A stretch of 64,000 nt of DNA from Botryllus schlosseri (GCA_051294905.1 CM119380.1:2604001-2668000); one strand, 5' to 3'; shown: positions 50,401 to 62,092, counted from the first letter of the stretch. Numbers and translations: made by a program. Notes: generated by a model from the letters alone, not told the origin.

Positions 50401-51679
50401 TCCTGTCATTTCTGCTGTGATGAGATACACCAGAGTGGGCTGGCCAGAAAATGTTGTCAGCACCAAAGATCAAGGATATTCGGTTGAAGATTTTCGTAAG
50501 ATATCCACATGTTTATCTGTTGAAAACGGATGTTTGTTTTCTGGAGCGAGAATCGTAATTCCCTCGAGTCTGCAAAGAAAGGTGTTGGATATTCTTCATT
50601 TGGGACATTTTGGAATGCAACGTATGAAGCAACTTGCTCGTAGTGCTGTGTATTGGCCGCGAATGGACAATGATATTGTGGACACGTGTCACAGATGTGT
50701 TTCATGCTGCGAAAATCAGAACGCTCCTAAGAAGGCAAGCATCCATCCTTGGATGTTACCTGAGAAGCCGTGGATGAGAGTTCATGTCGACCATGCAATC
50801 GAATTCATGGGAACCAATTGGCTCGTATTGACGGACTCGTATTCTAAATATCCTTGCATCCACCCGACCAATTCCGTTTCAAGCAAGGAAACGATCGGAT
50901 TACTTGAACAGGACTTTGCACATTTTGGATATCCGTTTACCATTGTGTCTGACAATGCAAGTACGTTCAAGTCTGAAGAGTTTCAGAAATGGTGTAAAGA
51001 AAGAGGAATTATCCACCTTTCAGGTGCACCGTATCACCCATCTACGAATGGCGCCGCAGAAAAGCTGGTCGACTCATTCAAACGCGCACTACGCAAATCA
51101 AGTTTGCCGGCTAAGGCCGCATTACAGGAATTCCTCATGTTGTACAGGAGAACGCCGCTTGCAAGTGGATTATCTCCGAGTCAGCTTCTCAATGGCAGAC
51201 AAATTCGAACAATGATTGATACGCTACTGCCATCTCCAGCTCATGCAGCTCAAGGCAAGCAAGTGAGAGAAGTTGAGAAGCAAGTAAAGGCTTCAGTCAA
51301 TCGATTCACGGTTGGCACACCTTGTTATGCTCTGTATTATGGGCCGAAGAAGAATAAAAAGCCCAAATGGGTACCTGCGACAGTTACCAAGGTATTTGGT
51401 TCTCGCAGCGTCAATGTTATGGTTCATCCGCGTGGTCCTACGTGGAGAAGACACATTGATCAACTTCGACCAAGGTATGGAATTGAAGAAGACAGCGAGC
51501 CTGGCATCACACCTGATGTACCTGCTTTTAATTATCGAAGGGTAGTAAGCCCTCCGAGAAACAATATCGTGGCAATGCGTCATGCCTCTCCCGAAGTCCA
51601 TGAATTACCGGAATATGGACCTCATAACCCGAGACGTTCGAAACGAACTCGTAAACCGAGAGTTATTCTTGATTTGTAA
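47468..51679 (+). CDS. Gag-Pol polyprotein (1403 aa from the first ATG): Gag, 2 CCHC knuckles, protease, RT, RNase H, integrase
   Basis: CFRCDKCGHSPDEC, CHYCDKRGHIQPAC, LDTGA, YLDDIL, CDASEVG, HLGH...CVSC, HVDHA...SDNA...GAAE; PR-RT-RH-IN order. Confidence 0.97.
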   Translation: MSEELVNVLKEQLEQQRKEMDEQRAHNEQQMKAWMETLRQISCQAVSTAPVSNVLVQPFAPFDSTIELWTDYWERFSTFVSAHSVPNDKVAHVFLTNQSPVVYKMLQNIAAQQADPKKINDLSIEEINAFMKEHYDPKQFVIRERYKFWSDMKRKPGETIPQLAARIRQDAITCDFSSIKNPLDEAMSTRFMCSAGNEAVLKAVFKLKSDSLNFETVVKTATDTEDAAKVAKETVYGAKSENPFQTNVVKSSYTKKSKGDAQNSKSRVAGYEGEGRNLSEKACFRCDKCGHSPDECKYVDAVCHYCDKRGHIQPACRIKKKDRLTEKCVRKNRRVRSVKHTRSYPEIEIDVYINEDIQSFELDTGARENFMSKDRWIALGRPALLKVNAEFESASLHKLNTLGTFTPKNVSLTDVNNRSEISDFSFIVTDIPNLNLIGRSGILKLGISIDALLYGNSVVKSLSNVDFSELAKRCEDISNEFPELFKSELGCLKDVKLDIRFKNDAKPIFCKYRPVPFAIRDELSQAYDVGIAKGVWQPVDFNDYGTPVVPIRKRSLPGSKSGKIRVCGDYSVTVNSQLETHRQPIPLAEELMQKLGGGYGFTKIDLADAYNQVQLSEESQKRLALSTHRGVLLQMRLPFGISSAPGYFTEIMNQLTADLKGVAVYLDDILVSGVDAADHMNNLRALLKRLQDKGLRCRREKCTFAQPSVEYLGHKLSSAGISKGSKVEAVLKMPAPSNVSGLKSFLGQVQFYSKFLPNLSAVTEPLHRLTRKGIPWFWGKDAQDSFEELKKMLCADLLLVHFDPTKKLGLSCDASEVGIGCVLFHRSEDGSEKPISYMSKTLTETQRKYSQIHKEALAIIFALQKYHQYLYGRKFILVTDHKPLLALFGPSKAIPALAANRLARWALTLNQYDYDIEYRNTKQHGNADALSRLPFSHDSVFDKGEEEDNMNIVSTVRTVSQQINPSDPGILAKESSKDPVISAVMRYTRVGWPENVVSTKDQGYSVEDFRKISTCLSVENGCLFSGARIVIPSSLQRKVLDILHLGHFGMQRMKQLARSAVYWPRMDNDIVDTCHRCVSCCENQNAPKKASIHPWMLPEKPWMRVHVDHAIEFMGTNWLVLTDSYSKYPCIHPTNSVSSKETIGLLEQDFAHFGYPFTIVSDNASTFKSEEFQKWCKERGIIHLSGAPYHPSTNGAAEKLVDSFKRALRKSSLPAKAALQEFLMLYRRTPLASGLSPSQLLNGRQIRTMIDTLLPSPAHAAQGKQVREVEKQVKASVNRFTVGTPCYALYYGPKKNKKPKWVPATVTKVFGSRSVNVMVHPRGPTWRRHIDQLRPRYGIEEDSEPGITPDVPAFNYRRVVSPPRNNIVAMRHASPEVHELPEYGPHNPRRSKRTRKPRVILDL

Positions 51680-51692
51680 TAACTCTCAAATT

Positions 51693-51702
51693 AGAAGGGA
51701 GG
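51693..51702 (+). promoter_or_regulatory. Polypurine tract
   Basis: AGAAGGGAGG immediately 5' of the 3' LTR. Confidence 0.9.
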
Positions 51703-51899
51703 TGTTGTGGAATTACTTTGCGATTGTCGATAATGACTCGTGCTCGTTGATTGTTTTCCTGTGTTCCTACCGTCGTTAGTATTTCGTGTGTCGTAGTTCT
51801 GTTAAGGTTTGGTCGTGAATAAACGTGGTCGTGCTTGTACTGCATCGGTATAGCCTTCTTTGGTATATGATCAAGAAATAGTTTAAGAGGAACACAACA
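51703..51899 (+). repeat. 3' LTR
   Basis: 197-bp direct repeat of 47129-47325, followed by GTATG. Confidence 0.97.
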
Positions 51900-52224
51900 G
51901 TATGCAGGGTGACCGGAGCGAGAGGAAGTTATACCAGATGGGCTGTCAAAATAAACTCCGTCCTTCCAACATAAGTCCGCGAATAGTTCTAACTGCGCTT
52001 CGCTGAATAGCGTTGCCCCTGGTTCTAGAAATCATTCCCATTGACGCAAAAAGTTAGAACCGTCGTTTTTATATTCCTCGGCCAGAATTCTAATATTTTG
52101 GAAGTCATCACGTGTCCAGTTCTCAGGCAGTCCAATACTACTCTTTACTCTCTGAGAACAGGTGCAGAAGAACTTTTGTATTCGAGCCACAAATTCTCGC
52201 AGTTTCTGACAATTGACCTTGAAT

Positions 52225-52320
52225 CAGAGGTCTCAAACACGCGGCCCGCGAGACCTTTTCGTGCGGCCCGCGACGGCATTTCGAATTTTCAAGTATTCGA
52301 CAATATTTAACTGCAAAATA
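52225..52320. mobile_element. Orphan left end of a hAT-like MITE (CAGAGGTCTCAAAC)
   Basis: Inverse of 16935-16997; GCGGCCCGCG subterminal motifs. Confidence 0.5.
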
Positions 52321-52640
52321 TATATTTTTTATTTGAGAACTGGAAATTTGTTCTAAAACTACTCCAGAAGCCTGAAACTACTCATCAAACTTAACTATTA
52401 CATCATTTTCAAAAGTTACCACGCAGTAGAAGAGCAATTACTACGTTACACGACTTGTTTATGATGGTAAAACATGACCCGCTGATGAATCGTGAGTGAA
52501 AATTGAGATTAGGACTTGGGCGCGAATGTTTGTAGAATTACTCGATCCCGGACACAATGTGTGATAAAATAAAAATGAGTTGAGTCGGGCCAAACGTTAT
52601 AAGCAGGGAAGGAATTATTATGAATCAGAACCCCTGGACT

Positions 52641-52723
52641 TTAGCACAACCACCGACGCAACAAACTTAGCACATCCACCGACGCAACAAACTTAGTTTA
52701 GCACAACCACCGACGCAACAAAC
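52641..52723. repeat. 26-bp tandem repeat x3
   Basis: TTAGCACAACCACCGACGCAACAAAC. Confidence 0.85.
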
Positions 52724-52749
52724 TATCAAACTGGTATGGAGAATGGTTA

Positions 52750-55700
52750 TCAAAAGGTACAAATACAAATATCACATCTGCATCTGATCTCAAACAGGTA
52801 GAGACTAGTATCGGACTGCCTCAGAACTGTACACATGTTGTCAATAACGCAGAGCGAATGTTTGTAATTGTATAATTGACTCCAGAAGACTGCGTTTACA
52901 ATACGCTGCGTGTTCCCTTGTGTTCGACGACCGGCGTAACCACGCCGTACGGCCTTGTTGGCTGACGTACCACGACCTGTCTATTGCACACGTATTCGAT
53001 GGATCACAATTGTTTCTGTCTTCACGACTTGTAACTTTATTGAATCACGTACGCGTACGGCAATGCTACGGACTTCCGAATCAGCGAATAATCATGAATG
53101 AATAAATATCTCTACATAGTATTACCTACGCATATCTCTCCTAGCAACGAAGGAGAGTACATGCACAAAACATCGTGCGATTTCATATTTTGTTATCTAC
53201 GTTCACACGACAAAATATACGACTAAGATGGGTCTTATCGGGTCTCAGTTCAGGGAATTGGGTAAGGTTTACCAACTCCTTATTGAATATTATTAAAATG
53301 GCGTTATACCAATATATTTCGTTAAATTGTCTTCCAAAATCTTAATATTCTGGCCGAGGATTATAAAAACGACGGTTCTAACTTTTTGCGTCACTGGCAA
53401 GGATTTCCCGAACCAGGGGCAACGCTCTTCAGCGAAGCGCAGTTGGAACTATTCGCCGACTTATGTCGGAAGGGCGGAGTTTATTTTGACGGCACATCGA
53501 GTGTAATTCGCTCTCGCTGCGGCCACCCTGCATGCCAAATTTGTCCATTGGTTATGCGATATCCATATGAGGGTTATCCTGGCTTGCCTGTTGCTACTTT
53601 TGTAACAGCATCACACGCGACTATAGGTATTGTAACATTTTTACTGCGTTTCAAGGATGCTGCTCCCCCAAAAGCGAATCCTGGACTATTTTTGATCGAT
53701 GTGGCTCTTACTCTGTGGAATTCAGTGTTATAGCTCTATAGCAGGGAAACCAGGTTACCATATACCGAACGAGATAGTGTCGTGGCGATATGTCCGGTTT
53801 CTTAATCGGTATCCTCTTATCAAGACAAAACATTCCAGAAGTGGTTATCGTGCTATCGACGTCTACAAGAACACAAAAGTATTGACAGATCACGCGACTT
53901 GACGTCTGAAGAATATTAATCTGAAGAATATTAATCTGACGATTCCGGCAATTATGGAGATTTTTTCTACAATGATGCGTCGCTGGACAGAAAACCGGAG
54001 CTCAAGTCGCCTTTTATTTACGATATGACAAAATGATCAACGAACTCAAGCACAGTGAATCATACAGAAACGGAAATGGTAAAGAAAAATTATCCGAGGA
54101 AAATGCATACTTCCCCGACATTTTTATGGAAAATTGATGTCGAAACTCGCAGAAACATCCCGCCTTTTACTTGGTGATTTATCGCAACATGTCATTGAAA
54201 ATTCTGTGACTGCTTTCTATGCAAAATATTCCAATTTCTACAACAATCTCGAAAAGCAAAGCAATGATAAGGTAATACAGTGTATATGTAAAAACCAGTG
54301 GCGGCTCGTGACAATATCGGGTGGTGGGGCAAGGGCTGCGAGCGACTTTTATCAACATGACGTCACAATGGCGTTTTCCAATGTAAAACAGTAACTTTAT
54401 GATGGTCACATGAATTTCCCAACAACAAGTGATTTTAACGTAGGTGCCGCGAGAGGTTTGCCGGTGAGCCGTGACTTGAAGTGTGGAACAAATGTTTTAT
54501 TCATTTTTTTTTTAATCAAAGGATTATTTTACAAAATGTACGTGAACTAAGAATCGTCCCTGTGCCACGAATCAATTATCAGGTCATCCTTAGTAGCATG
54601 CGTTATGATTTCATGGTAGAGTTAGGGCCTATCGATTTGCAAAATCTCTAATTTTTCTAAGCCCGTCCGAGAGTGTTTCGTACACGATCCTGGTGTGTTA
54701 CGACCACTGAGCTGGTGGTTACGACCAGGTGATAGGCAACCAAAGCGGAGGCACCCGGCGTACGATTGGATCAATGGACTGGACAACTTAGACCTCTAAT
54801 TTTCGCTCAAAAGGCAACTGCGTAAACTACGTACGGAGCAAAGATTCAATACGATCAATGTTCGCACTTGACTTGACCTGACTAATTCCAGTGACTAGAA
54901 CTCGAGAGATTGCGTAAGCCTAACTGGAAAGGTCAACGAGTTCGGACACATACGCAATTGTTATCTCATAGATTGGGCCTGTCATATTGAATCCAGATGA
55001 TCAATTTGAATGGTCTTTGAAGAACTAAGGACAGCAGCCTCGGAACTTCGGTCTCGGAACAACATAGGACATTTTGGGCTTGAAACTGGAGACTGTGACA
55101 CAACACATACGGTTTACCGTCTATAAGTCTGCTGCGAAATCGCCGTTGGAAAATATATTAATCAATAAATACATGAATGAAAGCCGCAAACTTAGTATAC
55201 TGTTACAAGAAATCATCAAGAAGTAGCATAGGCCTACGCAGTCTCATACATAACCCATTCCGGCATGGTACACTGTCAAAATCAATACAAACAAACGAAC
55301 ACCAAACGGCTTTTGCGTAAATCTGTTAGCGATAAATGAAGAGTCAGCTCTCACTCGACTTTGGAAACGAAATTAGCACCAACATAGTCCAGTGACAAAC
55401 TTAAAACTTGTTTGTTACAGCGGTCGATACTAACATTAAGACTTACCGTACCAAACTGCCAAATGTCATGACCGATCTCGGTATGCAACATCGTCAAAAT
55501 CAATGGAGGCCAATACCGGCTTTTGAGTAAAATCTGTTTGCTGTACAATGTACGATTGTACATGATAGATCAGCACACACTATACTTCGGAAACGAAATT
55601 ACTACCCTTATCTTTAAGTAGCAAGCCTGAAACGTGGACCAGTGTTAAATACTACCTTCACGACATATCATACCAAGTTTCAAGAATTATCATGGTGCGA

Positions 55701-56450
55701 AACACCATCAAAATCGACCTATACCAGCAAAGGCCGACTCAACGCATATTACGGTAACCGAGTTCAGATATAGATGCGATTGTTACATCACACCTTAGGG
55801 GCGACAAGGCATATTCGCCCCGGTTGCTCGGCCATTTTACGAATAGGAGAGAGTAAATCACCGTTTCTTTATTGTGCGCGGCTTTGAGAGAATAGATAGT
55901 GAAAGCTTGTTATGAGCGCCACAAAGCGAAAACACAGAAGAGAATTCTATTTTCGCAGATACTTCGCTATGTATGGGCATTTGCAAGCGAAAGCACAAGA
56001 AGAACGCGGGTTTCGCTGTGATCTCGGTATATATTGTGCGCTGTGCGTCTATAAATGGTTAAATTGTTATTGAACAGAATTTTAGGTGGGGCAATGCCCC
56101 AGTTGCCCTATAGGACGAGCCGCCACTGGTAAAAACATTCGAACCCAAGGAATAGTTGAAGAACATTTTTTCCAATTTCAAAAATATTTACTTTGAACAT
56201 ACCTCATCGAAATGCTCACTGGAATAAATTTATCCTAACATATCGCAACGAAGTGTCAAGGACTTGTGAGAGATGTTGCGATACAGTTTTCCATACAAAG
56301 TATAAACGGTAAATCAAATAAAACGCAAAAAATGTTTCAGAGATCGTCTTCATCGAAAGCTAAAACTTCCGATCCAAATCACCAACTCATCAAATCAGTA
56401 TTCAAGAAACGAAACAAGATAGGGAAAGTGTTGAAGCAGGTAGATAACAG
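52750..56450 (+). pseudogene. NOF-like MULE transposase remnant, copy 2 (split by a hAT insertion)
   Basis: LFSEAQLELF...YFDGTSSV...GLPVATFVTASH (53386-53733); inverted homolog of copy 1; reading resumes after 56136 (TQGIVEEHF). Confidence 0.7.
54296..56128. mobile_element. Non-autonomous hAT element (CAGTGGCGGCTCG family), copy 2
   Basis: Same TIRs as 5206-7306; perfect TSD GTAAAAAC. Confidence 0.9.
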
Positions 56451-56489
56451 CAGCTGCGGGGTTTGCATTCGCCTTGTCGCTGGGTGATA

Positions 56490-57523
56490 TGCTCCGCAGG
56501 AACCGTCAAATACCCAATGGACCAAACACATTTACACCACTGGATATCCGTTATAATATCATTACGTGCATCCCTATTTCTTGAAAAAATATCCATTTTC
56601 AAAATATTCTGCTGGGTTCCCTATTGTGTTCCGAAAGCTGAAATATTTTTTGGGGTAATGTTGGGGTAGTTATTTCGACTTGTAGCGAGGAGTGGATCTG
56701 CCCTTGGGGTCGCAGAGGGGTGGATATGAATTTTTGAATATCTGTTGTGATATCATCACCGGCATATTTATTTCTTGAAATATTATCCATCTTCAAAAGA
56801 TTCTGCTGGGTCGCCTATTGTGTTCCGAAAGCTGAAATATTTTGGGGGGTAATGTTGGGATAGTCATTTCGACTTGTAGTAAAGGGTGGACCTGCCCTTG
56901 GGGTCACGGAGGGGTGAAAATGATTTTTTTTTAAATATCCGTTATAATATCATTACGGGCACCCTTATTTCTTGAAATAATATCCATTTTTAAAAGATTC
57001 TGCTGGGTCCCCTATTATGTTCCGAAGGCTGAAAAATTTCTGGGGTAATGTTGGGATAGTCATTTCGACTTGTAGCAAGGAGTGGATCTGCCCTTGGGGT
57101 CGCAAAGGGGTGAATATGAATTTTTAAATATACGTTATGATATCATTACGGGCATATTCATTTCTTGAAATATTATCCATTTTCAAAAGATTCTGCTAGG
57201 TTCCCTATTGTGTTCCCAAGACTGAAATATTTTTGGGGTAATGTTGGGATAGTCATTTCGACTTGTAGCAAAGAGTGGACCCGACCTTGGGGTCGCAGAG
57301 GGGTGAATATGAATTTTTAAATATACGTTATGATATCACTACGGGCATATTTATTTCTTGAAATATTATCCATTTTCAAAAGATTCTGCTGGGTCCCTAT
57401 TGTGTTCCCAAGACTGAAATATCTTTTGGGGTAATGTTTGGATAGTCATTTTCGACTTGTAGCAAGGAGTGGATCTGCCCTTGAGGTCGTAGAGGGGTGA
57501 ATATGAATTTTTAAATATCCGTT
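56490..57523. repeat. ~194-bp tandem array, left part (~5 units)
   Basis: ATCCAT anchor at 56591, 56785, 56982, 57175 and 57368. Confidence 0.92.
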
Positions 57524-57597
57524 GGAGTATTTGGTTGTATTAAGGTTTAAAGTAATCTAGGCTATAACCTAGGCTATAGATCCATCCAAGAAACAAA

Positions 57598-58440
57598 ATG
57601 ACAAAGTCTGGAACACATGAAGATGCCATCCTGGCGAGACTGAAGAAGATGGACAGTAAACTGGAAGATACGCTCAGTGAAGTCAAAGGTTTGACACAGC
57701 TGAATATAACACTGCAAAAGCAATATGAAATATTGCAATCTGAGCTTGATAAGACCAACCTAGAGGTTAGGAAACTAAAGGAAGAGAACAAGGAACTCCG
57801 GAAAGAGATAGAAACTTGCAAGACTGGAATGGAATTCATGAATGCAGAATTTGAGAGCAACAAAGAAAATCTAAAACGAGCCTCGCAAGAAACCATGCTC
57901 AAGGAACACGACAAATTTGAATCAACTATGAGTATCCTGAACAAAAAAATATCTGGCCTAGTACGCACCAATGACAACCTGGAGCAGCAATCTCGAAACA
58001 ACAACCTGGAATTTCATGGTGTTCCCTACTCCAAAAAAGAAGATCTGCCGGAGACCATCATGAAAATAGCTAACGCCTTGAAAGCTGACATCACTGCGCC
58101 ACAGCTTGTGCACTGCTATAGAGTGCGCTTCAAAAATCCAGACAAAACAGGACCCATTGTAGCTAAATTCTCTTCGGACCAACCAAAAAAAGAATTCCTC
58201 AAAGTGAGAAAGGCCAAAAAGGATATCAAGGACTTCGGTGTTGAAGGAATGGAACAACTCTTCCTAAACGAAAATTTAACAAATTACAGAAGAGATGTCT
58301 TCTTTGAAGCGCGAGCTGCGAAAAAAGAAAAAAGCTTCAAATACCTCTGGACTGCAAATGGGAATATCTACATAAAAAAGAATGATGGCGCACCCAGAAT
58401 CCACATTGAGTCAAAGGATGACCTCAATAAACTCAAATAG
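57598..58440 (+). CDS. LINE ORF1 protein (coiled coil, RRM-like region, C-terminal KYLWTANG domain)
   Basis: Heptad-rich N-half; LEQQSRNNNLEFHGVP; FLNENLT; FKYLWTANGNIYIKK. Confidence 0.9.
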   Translation: MTKSGTHEDAILARLKKMDSKLEDTLSEVKGLTQLNITLQKQYEILQSELDKTNLEVRKLKEENKELRKEIETCKTGMEFMNAEFESNKENLKRASQETMLKEHDKFESTMSILNKKISGLVRTNDNLEQQSRNNNLEFHGVPYSKKEDLPETIMKIANALKADITAPQLVHCYRVRFKNPDKTGPIVAKFSSDQPKKEFLKVRKAKKDIKDFGVEGMEQLFLNENLTNYRRDVFFEARAAKKEKSFKYLWTANGNIYIKKNDGAPRIHIESKDDLNKLK

Positions 58441-58487
58441 AAGCTGCTATACTGCTCTCTCACTGCAACCGCAACCCACACTAAAAA

Positions 58488-61402
58488 ATGGCTCAAAACT
58501 TTTTCAACATGAGCAACTGCAGATCTATCAATTCAACGAATAGTAGTGACATCCCATCATCTCAAGGAATTTTACTTGCACACTTAAACACAAGATCCCT
58601 CCAAGCTCATCTAGATGAAATTCCCCCCTGTTTGAGATGTTTAATTGCTCACCAACCATCATCGGAATCTCTGAGACCAAGTTGAAAGAACATCCAACAA
58701 CTAATGTTAACCTGACAGGTTTCAACTTTTTACACTCGCCATCTAAAACGAACGCTGGAGGTGTTGGACTATACATCAACGAAGGTGTGAGATATGACAT
58801 GATGCCCGACGTAAAATTTGAAACCGAAGGCGTAGAATATATATTTGTCAGAGTGCATGTACAAAAAGCTCTCACAGTGGCAGTCATCTACAAACACCCA
58901 GGAACAAAGCAAGAGACTTTTCTTGACGAATTCTCAAATATACTGGAAACGTTAACGGCAGCTAACGAACAAATATTTATTATGGGAGACATAAATATTG
59001 ATTTGCTGAAGACCACCAACTTCAACACAAGGTACCGTGAAATGCTTGATTCTTATGGAATAGCTCAGATAATTACTGAACCCACAAGAATAGCTGACCA
59101 ATCCAAAACTCTACTAGATCACTTCTACTGCAACACTCATCAATATCACCTGTCCCCTTTTGTGCTCCAACACAGTATGACTGATCACTATCCCATCATC
59201 TGCCACATGAAATTGGTCCTGCCACAATGTGCTAAAGAATTTGAATCTCGAACGCCCTTGAACCCACGCGGTATTGAGGAGTATATTGAAATTGTCAGCA
59301 ATACCTTCAACAACTACAAAACTCCTCCACTCACAATTGACAACTACAATCGCCACTTTGAAAAATTTATTGAGGAACTGCGGGCAGCCCTCGACACATC
59401 TTTCCCAATTAGGAAAGTCAACCGCAATGCAAGGCGCTTGAAATCGAAACCCTGGATTGGTCATGACATACTAGTTGCGATCAAAACAAGGGATTGGATG
59501 CATAAACACTACTATCTGCAAGGCACAAGTGAAGGCAAAAAAGTGTACAAAAAATATGCAAACCAAGTGACGCATATGAAAGAAAATGCCAAAAAGGCAT
59601 ACTTCCAAAAAAGATTCGAAGAGTGCTCCAAGGATCCCAAGAACACATGGAAAACCATTGGAGAAATTATCAACCTAACTAAAGGTAATGCTCCCAAGAG
59701 TGCTGCTGACATCGAGCTACTTGAGAATGGCAACATGATCAAAGACCAGCTTGCAGTAGCAGAAAAGTTCAATCAGTATTTTTGCAACATTGGTCCGGAT
59801 CTTGCAGCTTCAATACCAAACTCCTCCGATGACTTTCTCTCGTACTTAAGTCCTGGCCCTCAGAAATCCATTTTTCTTGAGCCGACAAGTGAAGGAGAAG
59901 TTGCCATCATACTATCTGAAATGAAAAGTAGCAAAGCAGTAGGACCCGATCTCATCCCAACGCACTTTCTGAAGCTAGTCTTTAATATTATTGGTGATGT
60001 TATATGCATTTTCTTTAATGAGTCGATACGTCTGGGCATTTTCCCAGATGCACTGAAAACTGCCAGAGTAATGCCAGTGTTTAAGAAAGGCTGTAAAAAG
60101 CTAATTTCTAACTACCGACCAATATCTGTTCTGCCAAATCTTGCCACGGTTTTTGAAAAACTGATTGACTGCCGACTCAAAAAATTTTTTGAATTGAATG
60201 CAGTACTGTCTCCAACCCAGCATGGATTCAGATCAAACCACAACACCAACCATGCAATACTATCAATTGTAACGGACTATTACAAAACCATCAAGCAAAA
60301 AAAAAGTGGCTGCAGCATTTTTATCGACCTCCGCAAAGCTTTCGACACAGTTAACCACAGAATCTTAAGATACAAGCTAGAACACTATGGAATCAGGGGT
60401 ATTGCAGCAACTCTACTTGAAAGCTACCTGGCAAATCGCAAACAATTTGTTAAACTGGGGACATTAAGATCGACTACCAGAGATATAACTTGTGGATTCC
60501 CACAAGGCTCAGTCCTTGGACCGACTTTTTTCCTCATTTATATTAACGACATTGTTAATGCATCTTTATTCCGCACAACCCTATTTGCTGATGATACTCA
60601 CCTCTTCATAACCTCCAACACTGGCAATGATTTGCATGCATCCGTGAATAGGGAACTCCCAAAAGTGTCGAGATGGCTCCAAGCAAACAAACTAAGCTTG
60701 AATGCAGATAAGACCGAGATGCTCCTTTTAAATAATGTCAATCATAGTTTCACTGTGAACATCAATCATAAACAAATCTCCATATGTGACTCAGCAAAAT
60801 ATCTCGGTGTCACTATTGATGCTAAAATGTCTTGGAAGCAGCATATTGAATGCACAATATCAAAACTAGCTCGGTGTGTGGGAATAATGACCCGTCTGCA
60901 ATCTTTGGTTTCCAGATCAATACTACGAACCATATATTTTTCTCTTTTCCACTCTCACCTGCAATATGGAATCGTAGTATGGGGAAGTGCATGCAAAACA
61001 TTTCTGTGCAGAATTCGAACCCTGCAAAACCGTGCGATACGGCTGATCTCATCTGTACCTTTACGTACCAATTTATCGCCTTACTACCGTAAGCATCGAA
61101 TTTTGCGAGTTGATGAGCTATATCGCTTCGAAGTATCAAAAGTTGTTCACAAATATTTTTCCAATAGTCTGCCTCCTGTGTTTGATGACTTTTTCATACC
61201 TGCTAAAAATGTCCATTCCCATTACACGAGATCCTCGTCAAAGGGGAATATCTACTTACCCCCACCCAATAGCAACCTAACTAAGAGATCTATCGACTAC
61301 TCGGGACCTATCATTTGGAATGCATTACCGCCACATATCCGTGAATTGCCTTATGATAGATTCAAAAAAGCCCTACTTGATCACCTCTTATCGCTACACT
61401 AA
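58488..61402 (+). CDS. LINE ORF2 (APE endonuclease + reverse transcriptase) with one frameshift near 58620-58630
   Basis: HLNTRSL in frame 58488; GISETKL, GDINID, DHYP, YRPISVL, FIDLRKAFDTVNH, PQGSVLGP and LFADDT in frame 58637. Confidence 0.93.
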
Positions 61403-61694
61403 CACTGTTGCCCTACCTCGCCCAGACATTGCTTCATTGATCATTTGCTACCATCGTTTAATTTTTCTTCTATTTTATTTTTTTAACTACTGTAACTTTT
61501 TTTACAGCCAGACTGTTTAGAGTCAAGTGTACCTGTTTGATGCTGGTGTGATCAGACTAGATGACCCTCACGGTCTTATCGATCATTCCTATCTAATACC
61601 GAATACTGTGCATGCATATTTTCTGTACCACTACCACTGCCGTGTGTTATGTATTTTGGTTTGATGAAAAATAAAGACTCTCTCTCTCTCTCTC

Positions 61695-62090
61695 GTTATG
61701 ATATCATTACGGACATATTTATTTCTTGAAATATTATCCATTTTCAAAAGATTCTACTGGGTCCCCTATTGTTCCTAAAGCTGAAATATTTTTTGGGGTA
61801 ATGTTGGGATAGTCATTTCCGACTTGTAGCAAAGAGTGGACCTGCCCTTGGGGTCGCAGAGGGGTGAAAATGATTTTTTAAATATACGTTATAATATCAT
61901 TACAGGCATATCTATCTATTTCTTGAAAAAATATCCATTTTCAAAAGATTCTGCTAGGTTCCCTATTGTGTTCCGAAGACTGAAATATCTATTGGGGTAA
62001 AGTTGGGATAGTCATTTCGACTTGTAGCAAGGAGTGGATCTGCCCTTGGGATCGCAGTGCGGTGAATATGATTTTTTAAATATCCGTTAT
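61695..62090. repeat. ~194-bp tandem array, right part (~2 units)
   Basis: Resumes at the exact phase where the LINE interrupts it (ATATCC-GTT|ATGATATC); anchors at 61736 and 61933. Confidence 0.92.
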
Positions 62091-62092
62091 GA

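Larger units (their letters stand above)
47129..51899 (+). mobile_element. Full-length Ty3/Gypsy LTR retrotransposon (Mag-like)
   Basis: Two 197-bp LTRs (TG...CA), TSD GTATG on both sides, PBS, PPT and a single intact gag-pol ORF. Confidence 0.97.
46170..52200 (-). pseudogene. NOF-like MULE transposase remnant, copy 1 (split by the Gypsy insertion)
   Basis: PVATFVTASH...FLIDGARALW...LNCLSH; removing 47129-51899 and one GTATG restores colinearity with 53400-53600. Confidence 0.7.
57524..61694 (+). mobile_element. Near full-length CR1/L2-group (Crack-like) non-LTR retrotransposon
   Basis: ORF1 + ORF2 + 3' UTR with AATAAA and (TC)n tail; short GTT/CGTT duplication within the array unit. Confidence 0.92.

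Noticed and set aside
47630-51601. Many short antisense or alternative-frame ORFs within the Gypsy
   Set aside because: Shadows of the long gag-pol ORF; no independent motifs.
57540-61139. Antisense ORFs over LINE ORF1 and ORF2
   Set aside because: Shadow ORFs.
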